This document shows positions 17,982-26,814 of a stretch of 64,000 nucleotides of DNA, piece after piece. Below the pieces are notes generated by a model. The model had not been told where the DNA came from and ran no database searches. It worked only from the letters and a program-made list of their open reading frames with translations. The DNA lies in the NCBI GenBank assembly GCA_964434715.1, contig CAYSWC010000001.1:35037-99036 (forward strand). The letters run 5' to 3'. Position 1 is the stretch's first letter. Each line of letters opens with the position of its first letter. The stretch comes from an uncultured Candidatus Saccharibacteria bacterium (GTDB lineage: Bacteria; Patescibacteriota; Minisyncoccia; UBA6257; 1-14-0-10-40-38). The translations under genes and the position numbers were made by a program.

Positions 17982-20147
17982 TTAGAGCTCGTCTAGAATT
18001 TTTTGATAGGGTTCTGGATTAGGCGCTACCTTAATTATTTGTAGAAGTATGGCTTTAGCTTTTTGCGACGCACCAGCCCTCATATAGAGACCAGCAATTC
18101 GATCCAAAGCATTAATATAATTGCCCAAAGCACGGCCTGCCATTCGAGCACTAGCTCCCAACCTTAATTGATCAAGCTCATTAATTGAAGCTGCCACTAA
18201 ATCATCGCGCCCAATTAATACACCCATCAGAGCCTTCACGGTATAGGGCTCTGGGTTATTGGGCTCGAGCGCAATCGCCTGATCTAGGAGTTCAAACGCC
18301 TTAGGAATTTCCTGGCTACGGAGATAATTTTCCGACAAGACTAAATAAATCTGCTGTTTCTTGGGACTCAACTCTAAAGCGGACTGCAGGTGGTCGCGGC
18401 CCTTAAAAAGAAAATTTCCTTCCACGGCGCTCGCATTTTGGTAGAAAGTGCCAAGCATAAGCTGCACCCTGATGTCTTTGGGAAATTTTTCTAGATAATC
18501 TTCGGCTCGGGAAGCGGCAAAATTAATAAAACTTAATTTATTCTCGGTGGGGAAATCTTGTCCGACAAGCAAATCACCTACCCTCAAAAGCTGTTCAATA
18601 GTTTCCGTGTTGCCAAAAGTATTAAAGCCGAGGGTTTCTTTAAATGACTCAATGGTACTGCCGATTGGGTCGGTAGTATTGGTGGTAGCCTGTAACGATT
18701 TGATGATCCCGCGCGCCTGCTGCCAGGGTCTCACATTCACAAAATAGATCACGCTTACGGCGACTGCGACTGCAAGGCCGGTTACGACAATTGAGGTGGC
18801 AAAACTTTTGTTGGCAACCGTGCTGGTCTTATCGGTTTGGCCGTGATGACCAACGGTTTCTCTGCTTAAATTATTTACATAAGCCAAAAGGGTGAAGAAA
18901 ATTACATAAGTGTTGAAATTATCAAAAACAAAAATATTTTGAATAAAGTAGGCAATTGGCAAAACCAATAAAATTAATCCCTCTTTTTTGAGGATGACAT
19001 TGCGCTTCAAAATCTCTTTAAGACTCACGTAGAAGACTACAAAAATTGATATGTAAGCGATGAATCCTAAGAGACCAGCGCTAATGAGCCAGTCAAAAAC
19101 AATGTTGTGGGCCCGATCAAACCAAGGCTCCTGATCGTAGAGCCGCGGATCAAAATATTTGGAGAAAACCCTAATATAATTTTCCTGGCCCCAGCCCAAA
19201 AGCGGACGTTCTTTGAAGCCCTCAAAACTCATATTCCAAATCATGAAACGGGATCTCACGGTTGTTTCCCCAAAAGAAATGGAGGCGAATCGTGAGAGCA
19301 CGTCGCTTTCCTGAATAAACCGGGAATCTTTAAAAAACCAAAAGACGATTGGTAAAAGGATTAAAACAATCAAAGTTCCCAGCGCGATTTTTTTGTAAAG
19401 TTTTTCTCGGTTATCCACGCCTTTAAAGAGTAGAAGATAAAGGATCAAAAACAGCGGCAGCGAAACCAAAAGCGCCAAAGCAATGCCGCGGCTCGCTGTA
19501 AAATACATGATGATAAGGCTGAAAAGAATAGCGGCGCCGTATAAATATTTCAAAAAGAGGCGCCGAGCATTTAAAAAAAGAATTCCGGTAAGAGCGATAA
19601 TCAGTAATAAGTAAGCGGCCAGGTATGTCGGGTTGCCGATGGTGCCGTCAATCCTCACGTCACCGCCCTGAATCGCTTCTTTAAGCCCAAAAACTTGGAG
19701 CATGCCGTAGCCGCCAACGAGTATCCCGGCAATCAAAAAAATGTTAAAAAACATAAGCCAGTCCTTTTTGGTTCGGAAAACGCTCGTGAGCATCAAAAAA
19801 TAAGCCACCAAATGCAAAATCATCAAGTATCCTTCCATACGCTCATAGCGAGACCAAAAGCTGTGATAAGGATCAACGCCTAGCATATCAGCCAAGCCGA
19901 CAACGACTGTAAAAATAACCAACGCCCAAAGGAGTAAGCTCCGCCTCGGCCGGTAGCTTTTATCCAAAAAAATAAGGCCGATCCAGAGAGCTAAGGCTAG
20001 CTCTACCAAAATTCTAAAACCGAAATTTCTGCCGGTGATGTAGGGGAAGTAGAGCGACCGGGCAATCCATAAAGATAAAAATGGGATGACAAAAATAAGG
20101 AGCTTAATGCCCCAGGTATAAAAATTAGTAAGCGATCTAGGATTCAT
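17982..20147 (-). CDS. O-antigen-ligase-family (Wzy_C) membrane protein with C-terminal TPRs
   Basis: GTIGNPTYLA, TASRG, RPLLGWG and DRAHN motifs; ALELSP and AIALEP TPR-like repeats. Confidence 0.9.
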   Translation of the reverse strand: MNPRSLTNFYTWGIKLLIFVIPFLSLWIARSLYFPYITGRNFGFRILVELALALWIGLIFLDKSYRPRRSLLLWALVIFTVVVGLADMLGVDPYHSFWSRYERMEGYLMILHLVAYFLMLTSVFRTKKDWLMFFNIFLIAGILVGGYGMLQVFGLKEAIQGGDVRIDGTIGNPTYLAAYLLLIIALTGILFLNARRLFLKYLYGAAILFSLIIMYFTASRGIALALLVSLPLFLILYLLLFKGVDNREKLYKKIALGTLIVLILLPIVFWFFKDSRFIQESDVLSRFASISFGETTVRSRFMIWNMSFEGFKERPLLGWGQENYIRVFSKYFDPRLYDQEPWFDRAHNIVFDWLISAGLLGFIAYISIFVVFYVSLKEILKRNVILKKEGLILLVLPIAYFIQNIFVFDNFNTYVIFFTLLAYVNNLSRETVGHHGQTDKTSTVANKSFATSIVVTGLAVAVAVSVIYFVNVRPWQQARGIIKSLQATTNTTDPIGSTIESFKETLGFNTFGNTETIEQLLRVGDLLVGQDFPTENKLSFINFAASRAEDYLEKFPKDIRVQLMLGTFYQNASAVEGNFLFKGRDHLQSALELSPKKQQIYLVLSENYLRSQEIPKAFELLDQAIALEPNNPEPYTVKALMGVLIGRDDLVAASINELDQLRLGASARMAGRALGNYINALDRIAGLYMRAGASQKAKAILLQIIKVAPNPEPYQKILDEL

Positions 20148-20240
20148 GACAATGACTATGTGACTAATGACGCTAAGGCTAATTTAAGTATACGGGGTTG
20201 ACTATAACATACCTTCGGCCATTGTCATAGTCATAATCAA
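20146..20240. repeat. Degenerate periodic repeat (atgact/agtcat units)
   Basis: atgacaatgactatgtgactaatgac ... cattgtcatagtcataatca. Confidence 0.55.
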
Positions 20241-20243
20241 GGA

Positions 20244-21182
20244 TCATTGTTTAGTTCGGTGCTTTTTCCTTTTTTCGATCAATTCCAGTTCGTTAATATG
20301 TTTACTCACATCCTCGATGGTTAAGCCTTGCTCGCCTAAAATTTTCTCATTAAAACGCCAATCGGCTGAAATAAGTTCGTAGATGTCTTTAAGATCGTAT
20401 TTTTTGACAAGGGCCATAAAAGCGGCTGTGTCTTTTGGAAAACAAAATCCGCCCCACCCGGAATAACCGCCGTGGTTCACATCCAAATGAGAATCCCCGA
20501 TCCGGTGGTCAGCAGCCATGGCGCGGCGCACGTTTTCATAATCAGCGCCTAATTTGGCCGAGGCCAGCGCGAGCGCGTTTGCCCAATTGACTTTACGGAC
20601 AAAATGGAGATTGCCGGCGTATTTTACAAATTCAGCTTCGGTAGCAGTAAGACGAATTGGCTGATAAGTCCCTAATCCCCAAGGCGACATAAAAGGCGCT
20701 TTGGGTAAGAGCCCTAAAACAATATTGGCGGCATCAATGCTCTTTTTGGTAAAACCCACGATTTGGCGATCAGGACGAATCATATCTTCCCAAGCGCGGG
20801 ATTCGGTCAAAAACTCCGGATTGAATAAAAATTGATGTTTGGGGTATTTTTTTTGAAAATATTCGGTGGTACCGGGCGGAATGGTGGATTTAATTACTAA
20901 AATCTTGCTTTGATTGCCGTTTGCGGAAATTTTCTTGATCGCGCCCTCCACGATTGAAGTGTCACAGGCGCCGTTTTTGGGATTGCGCGGCGTGGGCAAC
21001 GTTAAGAAAACGACATCCGCTTGACTCACATCATCAAAATAATTTTTCTTGACATCAATGTCGTACAAAAAAAGATTTTTACCGCGCTGATAACCTAATT
21101 CTTCTTCAAACCAGCGCTTTAAGGGCGCGCCCACCATACCGATGCCCACGATACCGATCTTGGATTTCTTAGAAGTTGCCAT
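20244..21182 (-). CDS. UDP-glucose/GDP-mannose dehydrogenase family protein (short form)
   Basis: GIGMVG, IKSTIPPGT, NPEFLTE, AEFVKY and GGFCFPKD motifs; 312 aa. Confidence 0.9.
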   Translation of the reverse strand: MATSKKSKIGIVGIGMVGAPLKRWFEEELGYQRGKNLFLYDIDVKKNYFDDVSQADVVFLTLPTPRNPKNGACDTSIVEGAIKKISANGNQSKILVIKSTIPPGTTEYFQKKYPKHQFLFNPEFLTESRAWEDMIRPDRQIVGFTKKSIDAANIVLGLLPKAPFMSPWGLGTYQPIRLTATEAEFVKYAGNLHFVRKVNWANALALASAKLGADYENVRRAMAADHRIGDSHLDVNHGGYSGWGGFCFPKDTAAFMALVKKYDLKDIYELISADWRFNEKILGEQGLTIEDVSKHINELELIEKRKKHRTKQ

Positions 21183-21258
21183 ATTTATCCTATGTTAAGT
21201 GAGCTAATTTAAAAAATCAAACTCATTGGCCAAGCTAAAAGTTTCTCTTAAATAAATG

Positions 21259-21494
21259 ATCGCACCGCAAGCGGTGAGGTATCACGGATTATATGACCCC
21301 AGCACCAATTTTGCGGGATGGTATATGGCGAAGCGCTTCGCCCATTAAGGAATGTGCCTATTCGGCACACGCGCTTCGCCCAAAATTATCATGTCTTTTG
21401 ATAAGAACGTTACTTTCGCAAACTACCAAAGCAAAATTGGTGCGGGGTTATTTTTATCTTTTTATCGTATCCCCGCAGCAAAGCTGCGGGGTAT
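21259..21494. repeat. Composite non-coding element: inverted-repeat element flanked by two REP-like hairpins
   Basis: caccgcaagcggtg; accccagcaccaattttgc (21296-314) with gcaaaattggtgcggggt (21431-48); ccccgcagcaaagctgcgggg (21471-91). Confidence 0.75.
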
Positions 21495-21500
21495 TGTAGA

Positions 21501-21556
21501 TAAAAATAAAAATGGCCCCGCCTAGATTTTTGCTCTGCAAAAACCTCGGCGGGGCC
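21501..21556 (-). terminator. Intrinsic terminator of solo unit B
   Basis: ggccccgcc..tttttgc/gcaaaaa..ggcggggcc long stem, with an A-rich tract on the + strand. Confidence 0.75.
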
Positions 21557-21591
21557 GGTTGCCCAGTTGCTAAAGAACGAGATGAAAACTG

Positions 21592-22776
21592 TCAGGCGGC
21601 GCGGGTAGCGCTTGCCGCCTCGGAGATCGCCTCGGCGATCCGAGGCGCCGCTGGTTCGGCCGAGTATCTCTCCTTTCCCCGCCTCGCCAGCTCACGGATT
21701 GGAGCGAGCCGCAGAATGGGCAAAGCCGCGATGTAGGCCCAGAGTTGTTCCCGGCTGGTGCAGACATCGGCGGTGCCGTCAGCGACAAAGTCAAACTCCC
21801 CGACCTTGATGCCGCTGCCAGCCAACTTGGCCAGGTTGAGCGGGGTGGCCACGATCACCTGCGGGATGCCGCCGTAGACCGCGGTCCAGGTTTCGGTCGA
21901 GCCCGGCCCCATGACGATCAAGTCGGCTGCCGCCATCCGACGCTGGGAGTCGGTCTCGGCGTTTCGGAAGACGGGTTCAGGGATGTGCCGCACCAGGCTG
22001 CCGTCGAGTCGGGCGAGCACCGGGTCGTAGGGAGCCGAAGGCCTGGCAACCCACGTGCCCTTGGTTGGGCCCGGCGCATAGGGAGCATCCGGATCCTTGG
22101 GGTGGAAAGTGGAGATGAAAACGAGATTCCTCGCTTCGCTCCGGAGAAATCCTTCCACTACCGGTTCGAGCGCTTCGAGCACCCGGTCACGATCAGCGCC
22201 GCAGTTGAAGAGAAACGCGATCTCATTCCGACCGATGCCGAGCTTGGCGCGGGAGCTGACTCGGACTCCTTCCCAGTCCCAGTTGGGGAGATCGTCGTAG
22301 AAGCCGGAACCCACGACTTGGACTCGCCTTGTCGATCGATCTTCGACCACTCGAGCGGTCATACGGTCAAACATGAGAAGCGTGAGCAGTTCCCGACTCC
22401 CCGGATGAGCCGAAAGCTCCTCGGTCCAGCGTGCCACGCCCGAGTAGTCGCGGTAGAGAACCACCGGGATGCCGGCATGCATGACCGCGAGGCCGTAGCG
22501 CAGTTCGAGGCCAGTCCACTTCGGGTTGTCTCGCTCGAAAGCGCTGGCGCCCACGAGCACCACGTCCGGTCGGAAGTCGGCGATGACGCCTGCCGGATCT
22601 GCCTCGGCCGTGAGACATTCACGCCCGGCAGCCGTAAGACTACTCAAGGCCACGTCCGAAGCCACGAACTTGAGCGTAGCGCCGTGGTCGGCCTCGAGGA
22701 TCCCCAGTGAACGTTTCAAGGCGTTCACTGTTCCTGCCATCTCCAAAACTACCAAGATCCGCAATCCTTGCCGCAC
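21592..22776 (-). CDS. GC-rich GT-B-fold protein, distant homolog of the divergent neighbour
   Basis: FRPDVVLVG, VVGSGFYD, FHPKD, ADLIV and GIPQVIV align by eye with 22909-24018; GTG start with AGGAGG. Confidence 0.72.
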   Translation of the reverse strand: MRQGLRILVVLEMAGTVNALKRSLGILEADHGATLKFVASDVALSSLTAAGRECLTAEADPAGVIADFRPDVVLVGASAFERDNPKWTGLELRYGLAVMHAGIPVVLYRDYSGVARWTEELSAHPGSRELLTLLMFDRMTARVVEDRSTRRVQVVGSGFYDDLPNWDWEGVRVSSRAKLGIGRNEIAFLFNCGADRDRVLEALEPVVEGFLRSEARNLVFISTFHPKDPDAPYAPGPTKGTWVARPSAPYDPVLARLDGSLVRHIPEPVFRNAETDSQRRMAAADLIVMGPGSTETWTAVYGGIPQVIVATPLNLAKLAGSGIKVGEFDFVADGTADVCTSREQLWAYIAALPILRLAPIRELARRGKERYSAEPAAPRIAEAISEAASATRAA

Positions 22777-22868
22777 TGCCTTTTCCTCCTAAAAACAAAG
22801 AGCTCTTGAGCTAAACCCCTGTGGTTTAGCATCTCGCGTATATTAGCAGAGTATCAACTACCTGTCAA
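22777..22868 (-). promoter_or_regulatory. Promoter, hairpin, boxA-like motif and SD (solo unit B)
   Basis: TTGACA 22868-63, 17 nt, (TGC)TAATAT 22845-40; 8-bp hairpin 22810-30; GCTCTTTG 22803-796; AGGAGG 22790-85. Confidence 0.8.
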
Positions 22869-22908
22869 ATCAGAGAAAATATCTTGGGCTCTCTGCTATA
22901 ATAAGCCC

Positions 22909-24018
22909 ATGACTAAAAAAATTCTGATCGCAGTTGACGCGCCCGGGCCAGCGGCGTTTATCGCGCCAGTGATACCGCTCCTTAAAGAGGAAAGAGGAAA
23001 GGGAAAAGTGGTAAGTGAATTAAGGATCATTACGGTTAAAGAATCGCCGACTAAAGTCCTAAAAAAATACCAGCCGCTCCAATGCGACAGTAAAAGAGAA
23101 GCCGAAAAAATCTATCGGAATTTTAACCCTGATATTCTTTTAACCGCTCCGAGTTTATTGGAGTTGGGGCCTTTTGTAATCGGACACCTTAATAAATTGG
23201 CTCGCCAAAATCAAAAAAGAATCATCGGCTTTCAGGACTTTTGGGCTAATCACCGCTGGAAAATAAATTTCAAATGGCTGAAGGCGTGGGAAGCGATCTT
23301 GGTAATTGACCAATTAGCTAAAAAGTTAATTTTAGAAGACGGCTTCAGGGGTAAGACAATAGTCACCGGCAGTCCGGCTTTTGATAAATTTCGGAGTGTA
23401 AAGGTCTTCCGCGAACGTAAACGGTTAAGAGAACTCTTTAAAATCCCGGATAAAACGGCGGTGCTAATCTATAGCGGCACCGGCACGCCCCAAAGCCATA
23501 AGGAGGATGAAATTACTTTTAAATTTCTTGCTCAAGCAGTTAGAGAATTAAAAAAGAGGCGGGAGATAATTCTTATTGTCCGACACCATCCCCGAGACGA
23601 AAACCCAAAGCGCTACCTGAAAATCTCTCCTGATCTTGAGGAGTTGGATACTTCAAGCATTGAATCAACTGATGAACTTTTGCCAATGGCTGATGCGGTT
23701 TTAGGAATGTATGCTACCAACCTGGTTCATGCCTGCTATCTAAAGATTCCGGGGATAAGCATCCTTTTGCCCCGGGGCGGCAAAAGGCGTTTGAAGAAAA
23801 TAAGATTAGACGATTTCCCTCCCAATAAGGTTGGCGCTACGGTCGGCATCTACAAAGAGTCGGTGCCGTTACTCAAAAACGTTATCGAGAAAATCTTGGA
23901 TCAACCCGTCTTTAGAGCAAAGCTCCGGCAGGCGCAAGCAAAACGTTTTCTCCTGCCTAGGACTCCCGCTGCTTTTAGAGTTGCTCAAGTAATAAGGGCT
24001 TTAATTGAGCTAAGCTAA
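22909..24018 (+). CDS. GT-B-fold protein (CDP-glycerol-transferase-like or ulosonate-transferase-like)
   Basis: FNPDILL, VTGSPAFD, RHHPRD, ADAVLG and KIPGISI motifs; TGCTATAAT 6 nt before the ATG. Confidence 0.75.
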   Translation: MTKKILIAVDAPGPAAFIAPVIPLLKEERGKGKVVSELRIITVKESPTKVLKKYQPLQCDSKREAEKIYRNFNPDILLTAPSLLELGPFVIGHLNKLARQNQKRIIGFQDFWANHRWKINFKWLKAWEAILVIDQLAKKLILEDGFRGKTIVTGSPAFDKFRSVKVFRERKRLRELFKIPDKTAVLIYSGTGTPQSHKEDEITFKFLAQAVRELKKRREIILIVRHHPRDENPKRYLKISPDLEELDTSSIESTDELLPMADAVLGMYATNLVHACYLKIPGISILLPRGGKRRLKKIRLDDFPPNKVGATVGIYKESVPLLKNVIEKILDQPVFRAKLRQAQAKRFLLPRTPAAFRVAQVIRALIELS

Positions 24019-25146
24019 AATTTCTTCGGTAAGCGGCTCGTATTTTTTGAGCGCTCTTTTGCATTTCCGGCCAAGAACTGATTCGTATCTTTCCGAAGGC
24101 AGACCATTAGCTAATGCCTGCGGGCGCATGGCATAAACCATTTGAGCGGTAATCATTGTGCCGGCTGGAAGATCGCAACCGGCCATCAAGGATTTTCTAA
24201 AAAGCGGCCTGAAAGCCTCCTCGTCTGCTTGTAAAACTTTGGCGGGACTGCCGAGACAACTTTGGGCAAAATCGCGCTTTAAAATTTCTTCCTGTCTTAT
24301 TGGATTATTCTCAAACAAATGTACTTCCCGGACTAAAAGCTTTAGCTCTTCCGGCGTGAGCGACACTTTATGATCCGGTCCCCAGAGAGTGCGGGAAAGA
24401 GAAAAATGTTTTTCCAAAATCGTAGCTCCCAAAGAGACGGCTAAAAGCGCTGATTCAATATCGAGCGAATGATCAGAAAAACCAATGGGGAGATTATATT
24501 GCTCCCGAAAAAATTCAATGGTTTTCAGATTTAAATCTTCCTTGGGACAGGGATATTTGGAGACACAGTGAAGCAGGGCAACTTTTTCGGTCCGCTTTTT
24601 TAAAAAGCCGATCGCCTGCTCCAACTCCTCTAAAGTACTCATGCCGGAGGAAAGCAGTATCGGTTTTCCGGTTTGGCTAACAAAATCCAAAAGCGGAAAA
24701 TCCAAAATATCGCCAGAGCCGATTTTCCAAATTGGCGTTTGAACTTCCTCAAGGCGTTTGGCGGCGCCGCGGCTCATGGGCGTGGAGAAAAAAATAATGC
24801 CGATCTCATCGCAATATTTTTTAAGCGGCTGCCAAAATTCATTAACCGGGGTCGCTTTAGTACTCCGGCTAATCCAGCTGTGGCGGTCGCCGCTTTTCGA
24901 ATCGGGAAAATGCGGCGAGACAAACGGAATATTTAAAATTTCATCCTCAACATCGTGCGTTTGAAATTTAATGGCGTCTGCTCCGGCGTCTTTGGCGAGT
25001 CGCGCCAGTCTCTCCGCGTTTTCCAGATAAACCGCCACTGGCTGATCTTCTTCAGTCTCTATGAAATTCTTGCCAGCTTCGGCAACAACGAAAACGCCTC
25101 TGCCGGCTGGCGGATTGATTTTCTCCCAAATAGATTGAGGGGTCAT
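24010..25146 (-). CDS. neuB: N-acetylneuraminate/nonulosonate synthase with SAF domain
   Basis: VAEAGKN, DAIKFQT, KIGSGD, LHCVSKYP, GFSDHS, EKHF and GPDH motifs. Confidence 0.93.
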   Translation of the reverse strand: MTPQSIWEKINPPAGRGVFVVAEAGKNFIETEEDQPVAVYLENAERLARLAKDAGADAIKFQTHDVEDEILNIPFVSPHFPDSKSGDRHSWISRSTKATPVNEFWQPLKKYCDEIGIIFFSTPMSRGAAKRLEEVQTPIWKIGSGDILDFPLLDFVSQTGKPILLSSGMSTLEELEQAIGFLKKRTEKVALLHCVSKYPCPKEDLNLKTIEFFREQYNLPIGFSDHSLDIESALLAVSLGATILEKHFSLSRTLWGPDHKVSLTPEELKLLVREVHLFENNPIRQEEILKRDFAQSCLGSPAKVLQADEEAFRPLFRKSLMAGCDLPAGTMITAQMVYAMRPQALANGLPSERYESVLGRKCKRALKKYEPLTEEILA

Positions 25147-25178
25147 TGAATAAGATAACTGATTCAGCGAATTTTGAG

Positions 25179-26084
25179 TTACCCGAAAAGAATTAATATC
25201 ACCCCAACTACGGCAACGGCAACTCCTAATAACTTACGAGTCAAATTGCGCTCTTTAAAAAATAACCATCCCCAGAAAGCGCCAAAAAGTACGCCGGTGC
25301 GTTTGATGGCGATAGTATAGGAGGCTGGACCCGCCAAGAGCGCCGAGTTGTGCAAAACACTGCTTACTCCTAAAAATAAGCCGGTTAAAACAAGAAACAA
25401 GGCTTTTGGCATTTTAAGAACCATTGGCTTTAAATTTGCTTCTTCATCACTGACTTTCTTAGTAACTAACAAGCTGCGATGTCTTACCAATAAATAAATG
25501 AAATAGCCGATGGCCATCAGGATGTTGGCCGCGGCTGGGGCAAGGAAACGATCAGAATAAAGAGTGGCGAGTTTATCAAAATTAACGCTCACCGACCATA
25601 AAAGGGCGGCCGAGACTCCCAACCAATTGCCTTTAGTAAAATTCGGCACGGGGACACCCCGCTGATTGACGCGCGTTACAATCCCAAGACCGATAGCCGT
25701 GAGGATTACTCCGATTATCCCTAACGAGGAGGGTGTCTCGCCTAAAAAAATAAAAGCCGTAATCAGGAGAAACACTGGCGTAAGTAAAATCATCGAATAA
25801 ACCGATGAAAACTCGCCAATCTCATAAGCTTTAAGCATGACAGGAAAGGTAATGAGATTTAAAACAGCGGTTACTGTTACCGCTCCCAAGAAACGGTCGT
25901 CAATTTCCGGAAAACCAAAAACGAAATAGGAAAGCAGAAAAAGAGCAAGGCCGCTGGTGCCGGTAATGATAAAAGCAATGGCAATTTTTGAATAATGAGT
26001 GAGGCTCACCGCCCATTTTGACATGGTCTGAACCCAGGAATTGGCAAGCGCTGAACCTAAAGCTAAAAGTAACCAAATAAGCAT
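25179..26084 (-). CDS. EamA/DMT-family transporter
   Basis: About 10 TM; IFLGE and IKRTGVLF..FFKE motifs. Confidence 0.88.
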   Translation of the reverse strand: MLIWLLLALGSALANSWVQTMSKWAVSLTHYSKIAIAFIITGTSGLALFLLSYFVFGFPEIDDRFLGAVTVTAVLNLITFPVMLKAYEIGEFSSVYSMILLTPVFLLITAFIFLGETPSSLGIIGVILTAIGLGIVTRVNQRGVPVPNFTKGNWLGVSAALLWSVSVNFDKLATLYSDRFLAPAAANILMAIGYFIYLLVRHRSLLVTKKVSDEEANLKPMVLKMPKALFLVLTGLFLGVSSVLHNSALLAGPASYTIAIKRTGVLFGAFWGWLFFKERNLTRKLLGVAVAVVGVILILFG

Positions 26085-26086
26085 AG

Positions 26087-26713
26087 TTAAACTTTTTCGT
26101 GTTTAAAAATCCAAAATTTGTAAAAAAGAAAGTTCCAGATGACGACCGGCGGGGCGGCGATAACTTTGGCAATGTTTTCCCAGAGCGCCGGCGAGAGCGT
26201 CCCCGGCGGCCCCAAAATGGTGGTTAAAAAATACACTAAAGCAGTGTTTAAAGTAACGCTTACAATTGTTACGCCGGCATACTGGGAAAATTCTCCGATC
26301 TGCGGACGGGAATTTTTCTCAAACGACCAAAACTTGTGGAGAAAATAAGCGTTAGCAAGCGTGATGGAAAAAGAAATGATATTAAAAACCACGATCAAGA
26401 AGCCCGAGAAGGTCTGAGTAATAAAGCTTAATAAATTGAAAATGCCTAAGTCCATGGCGGTGGCGAGCGATCCAACGGCAAAATATTTAGTGAATTGCCA
26501 AAAATGCGGAAATTTTCTCGCGATGCGGCTACCGATAAATAATCCGAAATTGGCAAAAATGATAAAACCCAAAACTAAAGCTAAAATATTTCCGAAGTTC
26601 AAATGCCAAAAACTAGGCTGGACATTAGTAAAAATCGGAACCAAAAAAAATCCGAAGGCGAACCCGATTAAAGTAACAATACGGTAATCTCTTGTAGTAG
26701 CTAATGAATTCAT
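26087..26713 (-). CDS. GtrA-family membrane protein
   Basis: QFTKYFAVG, NAYFLHKFWSF and WNFLFYKFWIF motifs. Confidence 0.9.
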   Translation of the reverse strand: MNSLATTRDYRIVTLIGFAFGFFLVPIFTNVQPSFWHLNFGNILALVLGFIIFANFGLFIGSRIARKFPHFWQFTKYFAVGSLATAMDLGIFNLLSFITQTFSGFLIVVFNIISFSITLANAYFLHKFWSFEKNSRPQIGEFSQYAGVTIVSVTLNTALVYFLTTILGPPGTLSPALWENIAKVIAAPPVVIWNFLFYKFWIFKHEKV

Positions 26714-26770
26714 CTATGAGTCTTTTAATAATACTTGATTGCTTTGAGATAAAAAAGAGCCGACATAAAG

Positions 26771-26799
26771 AAAAAGCCCCCGACAACGGTGCCGGGGGC
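26771..26799 (-). terminator. Intrinsic terminator of solo unit C
   Basis: aaaaa-gcccccg..cgggggc. Confidence 0.75.
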
Positions 26800-26814
26800 G
26801 GGTGCGAACCTACT

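Noticed and set aside
20244-21182. Nucleotide-sugar dehydrogenase as a pseudogene, or as the LmbL equivalent of the octose block
   Set aside because: The catalytic Lys and Cys motifs are intact and no downstream remnant is seen. It lies over 30 kb from the block, with nothing specific linking the two.
21566-21580. Second boxA-like motif (CGTTCTTTAGCAA) after the stop of solo gene B
   Set aside because: Only weak equivalents follow the other five units, so it is not claimed as part of the shared architecture.
21745-22710. 321-aa + strand ORF and other ORFs overlapping solo gene B
   Set aside because: Antisense shadows of GC-rich DNA. The - strand ORF has the promoter, SD, terminator and family motifs.
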